Origin: Octopus vulgaris
Taxonomy: Eukaryota
DNA length: 64,000 nt
Reading direction: 5' to 3'
Assembly: GCA_951406725.2 (NCBI GenBank)
Contig: OX597815.1
Location: forward strand, 139,004,001-139,068,000
How positions within the stretch are numbered: position 1 is the first letter of the stretch; every line of letters begins with the position of its first letter. Both the position numbers and the translations under genes were made by a program. Below the pieces are notes generated by a model, which did not search any database, was not told the origin of the DNA, and saw only the letters and a program-made list of their open reading frames with translations. Below, piece by piece: positions 26,761-39,529 of the stretch.

Positions 26761-28309
26761 ACATATAATATATTATGAACAAGTTAATACGTAACATTAA
26801 TTATGCTTAGAGAAATTTCGACAAAACTTGTAATTAAATGTTCCGTAGATATTTTAAAAATTGTATTGACTGAAATAAAGTACATTTTTCTTTATCTGTC
26901 GATTTTCTTTTCGTTGTTTGAGATTTTTCATGATTAAATGTCTGTCCTCCCAGTAAAGGCTGTTTTCACAGTCGTTTCTCCCTTTTTACAAATGCCGAAT
27001 ATATATATATTATTTTACACTCCAAGATTTAAAAGTTAAAATTCAAAATTCTAATGTAGTAATAACAATTTGAAATTTAATATGATTCTGATTTACTATA
27101 AGTGTTTATGTATTTCGTTGGAACTTAATAGTGAATAAGTTAGGGGGAAATGGCAACGTTGTCACTTCCACTTATCAGTTTACCAGATCATAGAGAGTGT
27201 GCATAAAGACAGGTTGCTAGAATATAATGTTTATGATTATTATCAACACAACAATCGGTAACTATTCCCTTTAAAGGTATAAATTTGCAACGGTGTGCAA
27301 TTCATATAATTTTTCAAGGCACTTTAACCTCATCACGTAAGTCGAACACGAGTTCGACTCAAAGAAGAAAAGCGAAATTCTATAAAAGAAAGCTGAAATC
27401 GCAAGAGAACAAATCTATAAATATTCTATCGGTAAACAAGAAAAAACACAATATCGTCAAAATATAATTTCATTTTTAATGTTACCTTTATTTTGATATC
27501 TTTTCTCGCAGAGAGGTTTTTTTCTATTATTATATTTTACAATTCCTACATTCTAGCTACCTCCCACTCTTCCGAATGAAACGTGTCTACGTAAGTTGCA
27601 ATTAGCCTTTAACTAATATGTGCGTGTGCATGTTAGAAATGTGTGTATGTGTGTGTGTATGTATCTGTGTGTGTACGAGTACGTGTATCCTTAATTATGT
27701 GAATATGATTTCAACATTCAGAAGATAAAGCTGCATATTTTGAAATCTGTTTTGTTAGGCATTTTCCCCCGTAGCAATTCATATATTTCCAATCTATTCT
27801 TAATTGTTTACTTGAAAACCAGGTAATGATAGTAGTAAATTCTAATATTATATATACTGCAATTTCCTCTAAGCAAAACCCAAAATCCGCCTTTTCTCTT
27901 TAATTATTTTGAAATATTTAGAGATTTACAACTTACAGAAGACTCTGTTCTAAAAATTCTTTTCTAGCTTCTGGGTATAAATAGTAATCGATTATTTGAA
28001 AGAAAAATTTGAAATTACAATAAGTACATTTACAATCACTTCGAATCACATCGATTTACAAATATAGTTTAGTACATTCTCTTTCTGCAATGACACCTAA
28101 ACAGGTAACTGTTATATAGACGTGATTGAACTTTATCAGGTAGAAACTCGCATAAGAATATATTTTTTCGATTGACTTCGGGCTTCTTGAACGAAATACT
28201 TATATGTATGCTTTATTTACAAAAGTAATATATATTTGAGCAGCGTATGCAAAATAGTAGAGTATAAGTCAATTAAGCTATTGTAGAATGAGAACTCAGA
28301 AACCGTTTT

Positions 28310-28355
<46 letters not shown>

Positions 28356-29369
28356 TATCATAGCTACAAGCTAGCATCTAATCTGATTTATATTTGCATC
28401 TCAATACATGCAACTCCGCCCCAGGATAGACTAATACGATAAGCGTCATTTTATAGAATAGGGTAAAATATTTGTTATTGTGATAAAAACAATATAAAAA
28501 CACCAGTTCTCAAGGGGAGCAACTCTACTATCACTATTTAGAATGCCTTTGCTACTTCCCAAGACGAAGGTATCAGTTACTTTATTGTTTTTGCAGCATG
28601 TAGCTGCAAGTAACAATCAGTTTTATATTATCCTTGACGCACTACTGGCATGGTTAAACATAACTTACATGCCACTCGAATATGCTTGAGCACCAGGTAT
28701 TTCTATGAGGAAAATCTTATTTAATGTTTATAACAAGAAACATCTATTTGGAATATATTCATAAGTTTAGTTATACGGTAGTACTTGAAGATAGAACATT
28801 GTTTTGTTACACCATATGTATTATATTGTTTTCTAATATTACTGCAGGGAATGCTGTTTGTTTACATTTGAAGAGCGATCAGCAAATACTTCAATGATTT
28901 TTTTTTCTGTCTAGATATGAACCTCGATTTACAAGGCGAATGTATCTGAACCTGCTAACTTTTTATGTTATTCTCTTTGTATTTAATGCTGAAAGACAAT
29001 AGTGATACGCTTAAACGTTAACTGTATTATTTCGTTCTTGACTGTACACTTACGTGTGTTGAGTAGATATCTCAAATGTTGTTACTCATATTTCCCTTGA
29101 TATCTATTGTCGTTCGTCTGAAATATTTGTACTCGATAGAAAGGGCAACCCGTCTCAATATAAAAAGATCAAGATATATTGTTTAATGGTATTGAGGAAC
29201 GAAATTTTACACATATCAACTTTACAAATGTTGAAATTATTCTTCATTTGGAAGTCTCTAATGCTACGCTCTAATAATATTGTCTTCCCTGCAATATGCT
29301 CAAATGGAGGTGTGTTTATTGGTTAACCTCTGGATGGTTGTAGACACGTGATCAATATAATATTACCCG

Positions 29370-29700
29370 AGTTTTTCTATCATTATTATCACAAGCTGTA
29401 GTCTGATGAACTTTCTACCTTAGTTCCAAATCACTTGTGCCTTTCCTCTGACTCGAAACTCACAGCATCTTCACACAAGTGCTGATGTGCTTCCAAAAAT
29501 AAGGAAGTCTTTCTTTGGTTGTAGCTTTTATCCTCAACTGTCAAACTTTGGAACTCTCTTTCATCTTATTGTTTTCCTCCTTTTTTATGACCTGGACTCT
29601 TTGAAGCCTAAAGTAAATCCATTCCTTTCGGCCTAATTTCTCCTTTTTCATAGTCCCTTACACTTAGTTGCTTCTCGCCTTGTTTGAGATTTTCTTATAA
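29370..29700 (+). mobile_element. 3' fragment of a CR1/L2/Jockey-group LINE
   Basis: Degenerate translation FYHYYHKL*SDELSTLVP…VKLWNSLSSYCFPP…YDLDSLKPKVN resembles the C-terminus of these RTs. Confidence 0.6.
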
Positions 29701-29980
29701 AGGAAAGGCGATTAAATAACATTCCAACAAGTAATTTTATCTTAATTATAGAATTTGTCGTAATTGTGTCAGCTCTATTGCTATGTAAGTTTAATCGTCC
29801 TCAGTCTCTCTTCGTTACAGTTCAAGAAATCACGAATTTCCAAAGCAATTTACGTGGATACATGGTGTTTTTAAGTGTTTCCACTCGAGGCGCATGGAAT
29901 TGCGTTTCTTTTAACTAGGCACTTAAATTAGTATGAACAAACTGAAATTAGAATAAACAAAGAAATACGATGAACATATA

Positions 29981-30394
29981 CTCTCTCTCTCTTTTACTCT
30001 TTTGCTTGTTTCAGTCATTTGACTGCGGCCATGCTGGAGAACCGCCTTTAATCGAGCAACTTGACCCCGGGACTTATTCTTTGTAAGCTCAGTACTTATT
30101 CTATCGGTCTCTTTTGCCGAACCGCTAAGTGACGGGGACATAAAAACACCAGCATCGGTTGTCAAGCAATGCTAGGGGGACAAACACAGACACACAAACA
30201 CACACATACATATATATATATACATATATACGACAGGCCTCTTTCAGTTTCCGTCTACCAAATCCACTCACAAGGCATTGGTCGGCCCGGGGCTATAGCA
30301 GAAGACACTTGCCCAAGATGCCACGCAGTGGGACTGAACCCAGAACCATGTGGTTGGTAAGCAAGCTACTTACCACACAGCCACTCCTGCGCCT
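29981..30394 (-). mobile_element. tRNA-derived SINE, family A
   Basis: Reverse-complement homologue of 11082-11479. Confidence 0.88.
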
Positions 30395-31949
30395 TTATAT
30401 GTAACATATAAAGAAAATGTGAGTTCAAATGACAGTTTTATAAAAATAAAACCAATTTTATATTTATTGACTTGAAATTAATATACTTTTCTAAACTAGT
30501 AAAAATTTACTTGGAAATGTTAATTCACTTTCTGTGAAATTTCATTATTATAGTTGTTAGGAAACACGAATAAATCCCAATGAAATAACTATGTGAATGT
30601 GACCCTGCCTAGAAACTATACTGTACACGTTACATTCTTATGCACTTTAAGCACCGATACTGTAGATGTCTACGAGTGTAAGTTCATTAAATAATGTAGC
30701 CCAGAAATGTTATTCAAGAAAAAAACATTTTTAATTCTTTCTCCATCACATTAGTTTACTGATGGTATTAATTTTATATAGAAAATTTATTATTAAGACA
30801 TAATTCAATGGAAAGCATAATAATTACATTTTACATGTAAATTACCTAAATCTAATATGATATAAAATGACGACCGTATAATTTATTAGAATGTATGATT
30901 TCTCTTGCAATTTTAGACGTATTTTCACTTAAACATGGATGAACTATTTTAATTTAGTGTATTTAATCTTCGAAGTATATCAACAGTTAATAAGCAACAA
31001 TTTTTACGAGAAAAAAATGGTAAAAATACCAAAAGAATTGTAAACAAAATATTTTAATTCCATTCTAAATATATGTTAGACTTCTGGCACAAAACCCCGC
31101 CAAGCATGCATTAGAATACATAAAGAGAATCAGAAAAAGAAATTAATGGTTGAGGTAGTTGGAATTCCTATCTGTCTTTCTGACACCTATTGCAAGCACA
31201 AGGAAGTTGCTTTGATTAATGATACACTCCTATGTTATTCGTACAAGAAATTTAACATAAACGTGATTCACTTCTGCAATGCAAAAGCCAAGAACACTTA
31301 TTACACAAATGATTTATAACTTGCTAGTAGGAACTATGCATGTGTCTAACACTGACGTTAGAAGAATTACTAAAGCGTTCTACTATTAGTGTGGATTTTC
31401 TTCTAGAGCATTCGAGTTATTTTAACGAATCTAGATTACTATAAAGGCTATGCATGCAGATACTTAGATAACATATTAAAAGTTTTCTAACATACGAAAA
31501 CTTGGGTGAAACATTAATCACCTGGATTAAACTGTCAATCCATCCTAATAATAAACAAGCTTTAGCGACAATTCTGCAAGTGATGAAATGAAATAGTAAA
31601 TGTCTATGTGCCTTGAACCACGCTGATTAATACAGATCATACCACAAATTGTGTTTTATTTTGCGGGAAGAATATGGAGGATGTTCTAACGGATACATGT
31701 CCCTGAAAATAATGGGGCCGATGGAGTGAATATTGAGTTTCAACGTCTATATGCTGCTGGCTATTGAGGAAATATAGGCAAATGGGATGTTCCAGACTGT
31801 ATATATCTAGGTAGGAAATGTGTAAATGAGCTTAATACAGAATCACCGGGTTTGTGATGAGACAGATAGTATTGGTAATGCGCAAGGCATGGGGTTAGAA
31901 TAATTGTAGATACACTGCAGCATGCTAAGTTAGAGGATACTAAAAGTAA

Positions 31950-32770
31950 ATGTGTCTGTAGTCAGAAGAATAAAGAACGGCGTTTTGTTTGACATTTCTT
32001 TACCTATGAAATTAGTAATATTTTCGCGTTCTAATTAGCTTTGCACGCAGTTTTCTTGCAAATTTGTGTTGAGATATCGTGTGGAGCTTGTGGGGGTAAT
32101 TTAGCGTAGGTGAGCAGTATTTTGAGGAATTTTAATTGTCTTTTGCTTTTTATTATTTTGTGTATTTCGAGCTCTTGTCTTATTATTGGATCTTTTCTTA
32201 GAAGTGAAATGGTGAGGTGGATAATGTTGTAAACCTCTGTGCTTGGGGGTTGTGTTTTGTTATAAAGTGTAGAGTATTGGGCATATCTGAAGTTGATTTT
32301 TGTTTTAATTCGTTCATGAATATCTATTGCCTTGGAATACTATATTCTGTTCTCTATTAAAATTGATGGCTGTTGTCTTTCAAGCAGTATTTGTTTTAAT
32401 TTTATTACGAGTCTCTTAATTTGAAACAGTTGTGCAGATTCTTCTTGCAATATTAAACAGAATATTAGTTTGCGTGTGTTTGGAATGGCATGAGGAAAAC
32501 ATCAGGTTGTGTTTAGAAACTGCTGGAGTGTAATGAGTTTCTGTTTCCATGTTTGTGTCCGTTTTGATGATTATAATGTTCATGAATGCCATTGTTCATG
32601 CGGTTAATTATGGTAAAATGCATGTGTCAGTAGAATCAGTCAGATATCTAAACAGCAGCCAGATATCTAGTAATTATTTATAATAACCCATGACGTATTT
32701 TAATTTAGATTGTTCATATATCTGGACCTCCGTGTATGCCATGATCAAATTGGTATAAGTTGGAGTAAAT
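31950..32770 (-). pseudogene. Degenerate PLE RT/thumb fragment
   Basis: Minus-strand FTPTYTNLIMAYTEVQIYEQ (motif B') and SCHSKHTQTNILFNIARRICTTVS (PLE thumb). Left boundary uncertain. Confidence 0.7.
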
Positions 32771-33256
32771 ATTGCAAATATTTCAATCCCAGATATTGCT
32801 TGTAAATGTATTAAAGTATTAAAAACAATTGCTTACAGGGATGGATTTTAATAATTCGGTGATGAAACATATGTACAAAAATTAAATCCCACAAATCTCA
32901 AGTCTTCCTATGTTAACTTTGTTCATTCAATACCACAGATGAAACACGAATAAACAAAGAAGATATATTCATACGAAAACACAAGCCACGGCTGAATTAA
33001 TATCAACATAGTACATTTGCTAACAGCTATTCAAATGCAAATACGTCCCGCCATGTTGAATTTAGATCGCCAACAACTTCAATTCTGTGTACAATCATAA
33101 CATTCCCTCGCATGACGATAATGTACAAATTTAGTGAAGACCAAAATGTTATGCCAACATAGATTCATCCACTTGATACAATGAACTCGCAAAAGTCACA
33201 CGTTCTAAAACAGGACAGTTTTAACTTTTGGGCTATTTTTCTTATATCTCGCGTAT

Positions 33257-33314
33257 TTGCCGCTGAAGAGGGGAAAATTTATTAATTAACCCCGAAATTG
33301 GACCAATACGGTAA
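33257..33314 (+). ncRNA. Type I hammerhead ribozyme, copy 1
   Basis: UUGCCG-CUGAAGA-GGGG-(16 nt)-CCCC-GAAA-UUG-GAC-CAA-UA-CGGUAA: intact core and all three stems. Confidence 0.88.
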
Positions 33315-33724
33315 TAACAAATTTTTTAGAGATTTCTATCGGGTTGTTTCGAGACGCATAAATTATAATGATTATTGAAAAGTTTTGTCTTTTTTTCGGC
33401 ATATTTGGCATTAGAATTTTTCTTTTGCCCTTATCTTGTAAATTATTTATAAATTTAACCTTTAAAGGTATTTTTTGATATGCTGGCCGTTGATAAAAAA
33501 TTTTTCACGAAAAAACTTTTATCCTACATTAGTTATAAATTGAATAGTGTTTAACTTCCGGATTCTCTCATTCTGTGAAAGTTTCTAGTTCGAATCACAC
33601 GTGTCTCGAGATGTGCCGAAGATCTTTCTATTTTGGATATATTTGGGGTACTTGGGTCTGCTCTGGACTTAGTGCTTGCTTTTTCCATGGGTATGTGTAA
33701 GTATTTCACTTATATCTCGCGTAT

Positions 33725-33782
33725 TTGCCGCTGAAGAGGGGAAAATTTATTAATTAACCCCGAAATTGGACCAATACGATAA
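33725..33782 (+). ncRNA. Type I hammerhead ribozyme, copy 2 (one stem I mismatch)
   Basis: Same as copy 1 except the 3' strand of stem I reads CGAUAA. Confidence 0.8.
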
Positions 33783-34409
33783 TAACGAATTTTTTAGAGA
33801 TTTCTATCGGTTTGTTTCGAGACGCATAAATTATAATGGTTATTGAAAAGCTTTGTCTTTTTTTCGGCATATTTGGCATTAGAATTTTTCTTTTGCCCTT
33901 ATCTTGTAAATTATTTATAAATTTAACCTTTAAAGGTATTTTTTGATATGCTGGCCATTGATAAAAATTTTTCCCGAAAAAATGTTATCCTACATTAGTT
34001 ATATATATATATGTATGCATATATATATATTGTTGGCGTATCTCTACAGTGTAAAGTAATCGTTATTACAGAGCACCAAATCATAAGATATGAGATTATC
34101 CGAAATTTTGTAAATTTTCTTGCTAATTACCTCGTATTCGACCATGGGTTATAAATAGAGAGCAAATTTAGTGTGGATTGTAGGTATTTGACATCTACCT
34201 CAAGTGTATAGGTGTTGGCATTCCACTGCTCTTAATTATAATTATATTCTTGTAATTAAATACCTAAAAATTAATTTTGCCGATATGGTCGTTTTTTATA
34301 CACTAACCATTGATATAGTCATTTTAATGATTATATCCTCAATTTATACTACGGGCTTCTTTCCGTTTTCGTCTACTGAATCCACTATAAGAGAAGTCAC
34401 TTTCCCAAC

Positions 34410-34477
<68 letters not shown>

Positions 34478-34851
34478 CACGCATGGATATACAGTTATAC
34501 AGGTACAAACATTCAGAGATATGCACATACACACGCGCGCACAACCAATTGCATATATGCTCAGTTATACAAGCATCAGTATTAGACGAACGAAAATAAA
34601 AAAATAACGTAACAAACTACAGTAAAATATTTAAAAATATATTGAAACTTATAATAAACATTTAGTATGGTTTAATGGATATAGAAATATGTTTATCCAC
34701 ATATTTGTATTTCTGCTTGTATTAATATAATTATATGAATATATGAGTGCATGTGGAACACGTAGACATGCTTATATTTACGCACAAACATACACATTCT
34801 GATACGCACTCATATGTCTGTGTGTCTGTAAGTACTTGGTGTAGTTAGCAG

Positions 34852-35396
34852 CAGCGCTGGATTAACCCATAAGCAAAATAAGCACGTGCTTGGGGCATCG
34901 AGGGAAGGGTGGGTGCCACAAACATTGTAAATAGTTTACAGCACATTAGAAATCGTTTTAAACTTGCTAAAATAAACATCATTGAGTGTGCCTTTCTAAA
35001 TGTAGACATTGTTTTTCGTATATGTTTAACATTAATAGTCACAAATTGCTCAACTAAGCGTGCATTTTCTCAGTTGAAGTATATTAAAAATCTCTAAAAA
35101 ACAAATGTGCAACAAGGCAGGCTGAATGCTTTATTTTTATGCGTTACGTAAGATTAGTTTTAAAGATCTGTTCAAAGACTTAGCAATTAAAGAAAGTTGG
35201 AGAAAACTTTTCAAAATATAAATAAAGTGGAAGTATACAAAAATAAACATCTTCCGTCTTACTGTTAGTTTTGTTTCATTTTGAAAAACAAAATTTATTT
35301 TATGCTTTATTATTGCTTATATTTTGGATTACATATATGTTGAGGCACTAAAACCTTTTAAGTGCTTAGGGCTTCTATGGGTTATCAGTATCACTA
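34852..35396 (+). mobile_element. Internally deleted hAT transposon
   Basis: FLNVDIVFRICLTLIVTNCSTKRAFSQLKYIKNL*…QQGRLNAL matches the hAT C-terminal dimerisation domain. Left end cagcgctggattaacc with a degenerate right TIR. No TSD seen. Confidence 0.75.
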
Positions 35397-35640
35397 TGGA
35401 TTGTGGGAAGGAGATGGTGAAATAATGGTTGTTACTTTCGGTGGGCCTGTAAACAATATAATTTAAATTGCAGTAAACAAAATGTATGCACATATATATA
35501 CGCAGGTACATGCGCACGACCACATATATGTATGCATATAAACACACACGTTGACATATACATATATGTATGCATGCACATTACACGTCTAAATCATGAA
35601 TATCGGATTCCATATGTAGAAGCATCTCTATACTCATATA

Positions 35641-35820
35641 AAGCAAATAAGTAACAAGGATGCCAAAGTATTAATGTAATACGGCCGTGTTGCGTTAATA
35701 GCATGACATCCTTTTTTGTTACTTATTTGCTTCTTATTCACCTTCGAGCTGTGCGGATAATACCGGACTGATTTGGTGCCTTAACTTAAGTACCTATTTC
35801 AACTGAATATTAATATAAAT
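35641..35820. mobile_element. PLE terminal remnant with short inverted repeat (same family as 771-2030)
   Basis: agcaaataagtaacaaggatg / catcc…ttgttacttatttgct, similar to 864-900 and to the reverse complement of 771-880. Confidence 0.6.
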
Positions 35821-36466
35821 TAGGCTCGTAACGTAAAAGACTTTCTCACCTACCCGAGCGTTTAACTAATACACCTATTTGTTGTTTACACACCTGTCTT
35901 CATCTTCTGCTGTTTTGTAAATTCCAACAATATATATACATATACATACATATATATATATATACACACACACACACATATATATATAGATGTATGCATA
36001 CACACACACACATATATATATATATATACATACATGCATACATATATATATATATATATATACATACATGCATACATACATATATATGTAAGCATACATG
36101 TATACACACGTATATATTTTTGCGTATAGTTACACGCACATATTTAACCCTATACGAGTACCTATACATTCTTCATAAATGACTTTGTGTATACAAACAT
36201 ACATTTTCTATATATGTTTATATGTACACACATAATATGCACCTATATAATCTATGCATTTACGTATACGTTACATGCATATTCTCTTACTTCACATCTT
36301 TTAACTGATCAATTTTTATACATACTCTCCGGCATTGTTATTCTTGCATTTTCAAAACCACGGTTTTGCTACATCCTAGACTTCACTACGGTTCTTTTTT
36401 TATTAGTGTGAGCGTATGTGTGAGCGTAGGTGCGCAAAATCATGCTTATGCATATACTTATATCTT

Positions 36467-36683
36467 CGGCGAGCTGGCAAAGACGTTAGCACGCCGGGCG
36501 AAATGCGTAGCCGTATTTCGTCTGCGACTACGTTGTGAGTTCAAATTCCGCCGAGGTCGACTTTACCTTTCATCCTTTCGGGGTCGATTAAATAAGTACC
36601 AGTTACGCACTGGGATCGATATAATCGACTTAATCCGTTTGTTTGTCCTCTCTGTGTTTAGCCCCTTGTGGGTAGTAATGAAA
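36467..36683 (+). mobile_element. SINE, family B
   Basis: ggcgagctggcaaagacgttagcacgccgggcg…gagttcaaattccgccgaggtcgac, homologous to 55045-55272. Confidence 0.88.
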
Positions 36684-37032
36684 TATATACATATATCTTC
36701 GTAGATGTTTGTACGAGCGAGAGTACATCCTAAGCGAGGGTGTTTATACATCCATATCCGTTAATATATATATTTAATACATTTTCTATGTATTATGTAT
36801 TTATTTCTTTTTCCATCTGTTTTTTTATTATTGACCTTCTATAAAAAGGAAGCCGTATCCATTAATTTGCTGTTTTTCATACATAAACCGAGAAGAAATC
36901 TTGCGGAACAGTTGTTATTTTTATGAGTCCTCTTGTAATTCCCTGCAGACATGGATGCTAGATGGGTCGAAACAATTGTAGTGTTTTATAAACATTCTCA
37001 TATCATCCACCTTCCGTCTCTCTCATTAATCA

Positions 37033-37069
<37 letters not shown>

Positions 37070-37134
37070 GCGCATACACACACACACACACATATATATA
37101 TATGTCTGATTAATGAGAGAGACGGATATATACC

Positions 37135-37175
<41 letters not shown>

Positions 37176-37176
37176 C

Positions 37177-37208
<32 letters not shown>

Positions 37209-37539
37209 CGAGAGATAAATACACAGGTATGTATACGTATATGTACACACATATGTAAAAGTGTGTGTGCGTATATATTTATATATATATATATATGATA
37301 TATATATATATATATATATATTGTATGGACATCACAATTATAATTTTATTGCATTAACAGGCCCATCGAAGTAACTATGTTTATTTTTGCACAACCTGTG
37401 CTTACGGACACACAAACATATAGTCCATGTGAGTACAAGCATATTAATCGAAGTGTACCGTATTAGCGAAGTGTACCGTATTATCGAAGACGTTATCTAG
37501 ACGGCTAAACAGAACCATTCATTATTATTATTATTATTG

Positions 37540-37998
37540 AGTGAGAGAGCAGTTCATGCCATCAAAGTGACACTGGGGTAAAATATACGAAGCCCAATAT
37601 ACCCATCATGACTACCCGTCTGATAAGGGTACACCAGGCACATGCATCACAACCATATGTGCGCGACATGGTGATCTCATATCAAGATAAACAGCACATG
37701 ACCTTGCAGGTAGGGCCCAGTTAGAATTTTCTTCAGGTTGAGTATCCCATCCCGCTCAAAAGGTCCCTGAATAAGGGTTGTTTAAGGATGTTGAAAGAAC
37801 CACCCATGTTTCCAGAGGTGAATTATTCAAACCCCAAAGAATCCCTCTCAACACATGGCTATGCTCAACTGGTTAAAGTCAAACAACTGACAAACAAATC
37901 TGTGGTATTGAGCAGAATATTTGCTGTAGCCCATCTTTTATACCAAGACAAAACAATGTACATGATAACACTTCCGATCAGTTAAGATAAGAAGCCAT
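37540..37998. mobile_element. Unclassified interspersed repeat embedded in (ATT)n
   Basis: GC-richer block between ATT tracts. Its end (37900-37998) recurs in reverse complement at ~62703-62800. Confidence 0.65.
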
Positions 37999-38008
37999 AT
38001 TATTATTA

Positions 38009-38072
<64 letters not shown>

Positions 38073-38099
38073 CATCATCATTATTATTATTATTATTCA

Positions 38100-38390
38100 G
38101 TAGTTTTATTTTTATTTTTATAGCGTGCTTTCACTTCACTACCGAGCGCAGCTCTGTGTGCCTTGGGTATGTGATGTGATTTGTTGTGATGCTCTGATGG
38201 TTATTGTATGGAAAGTGTTCTGCGTAGGATGTGTGCAGTGCCTAGTAGTGCAATTTTCTGTATGTTATATGTGTTTGTAAGTCCTGGTGTTTTTGTTATG
38301 TATTTGTCTGAATATTTTTTTTATCATGCCTAATGCACCTACTATGATAGGAATTGTTTCTGTTTTCAGATTCCACATTCTAGTTACCTC
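38100..38390 (-). mobile_element. 3' end of R4/Dong-type (RLE) LINE inserted in (TAA)n
   Basis: Minus-strand EVTRMWNLKTETIPIIVGALGMIKK…YNIQKIALLGTAHILRRTLS, with (TAA)n on both sides. Confidence 0.85.
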
Positions 38391-38469
<79 letters not shown>

Positions 38470-38473
<4 letters not shown>

Positions 38474-38741
38474 TCACTGCCAGGATTCGAGCTCGGAATC
38501 TTAGTGTTAGTAGCCCGTGCTCTTAACCATTATGGAGTGAATTTTAGGGCTTATAATTCTAATATTTTCCTATCCTTCCTTCATACCGGTTCCCATATGC
38601 TATTCATATCTGCACTCGGTCTGCTTAGTAAGTTGTTGTGTCCTGGCATATGTGCTGCTTCTTTTAGATTTCGTATTTTCCAGCGGTGATCTCTCTTTTT
38701 TCTTTTTTAAATATGGCGTAGTTCAATTCCAGGCAGTGACA

Positions 38742-38790
<49 letters not shown>

Positions 38791-39010
38791 TAACAATAAC
38801 AATAACAATAACAATAACAACAACAACATCGAAAAATACCTTAGGAATGAGAATCTTGGTTCTAAATTTCCCCCAAGACACCTGATGAAGGATGGAAGGT
38901 ATATCAGCCGAAACGTTTTGTTAACAACAGACAAGATGAGGACAAATATTCGTAAAATGTAAATAATTTAAATAATGTACATAATTCTTCATCTCTTAAA
39001 TATAGAACTG
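38470..39010. mobile_element. Composite element: inverted tRNA-like heads + (AAT/AAC)n + HHR-containing PLE-type tail
   Basis: Minus head at 38470-38535 and deleted plus head at 38713-38742 share the cc(a/t)ggcagtgac(c/a)tgaataataat junction. The plus arm continues into an HHR at 38878. Confidence 0.65.
38878..38921 (+). ncRNA. Minimal hammerhead motif (mutated)
   Basis: ACAC-CUGAUGA-AGGAUG…CAGCC-GAAAC-GUU-UUGU: core intact, loopless palindromic stem III (AACGUU), one mismatch each in stems I and II. Confidence 0.6.
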
Positions 39011-39498
39011 TATTATTTCATTTTATTTATCAAATCTTGGTATTTGTATACCTGTGCGTATATATAAGACAGTGTGTGTGTATGTATAGGTATGTCTATA
39101 TGTGTGCATACATATTTGTATGAATATTTGCGCACTTCTAAGTTTTTTAAATTCATTATGCTGTATTCCTTTACTTTTGCATTTTGTAATATCTAAATTC
39201 ATTTTCTGCAGGACAACAATGACTTTAAATTCAACTCTACTAAATATAAAGGCCCTAGTATACGTAAATACATGCATACGTACGTACGCACATACATACA
39301 TACATACATACATAATACATACATACATACATTCATACATACATGCATACATACGTACGTACGTACATTCATACATACATACATACGTACGTACATTCAT
39401 ACATACATACATACATGCATGCATACAGACAGACAGACAAACACAGACACAGGCACACAGACACACACATTAATGTGTGTGTGTGTATGCACTCGCAC

Positions 39499-39529
<31 letters not shown>

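Larger units (their letters stand above)
33241..34001 (+). repeat. Direct repeat of ~293 bp with 468-bp period; each copy begins with a hammerhead (pLTR/retrozyme-like)
   Basis: cttatatctcgcgtatttgccgctgaagagggg… at 33241 and 33709, nearly identical up to cctacattagtta. Confidence 0.9.
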
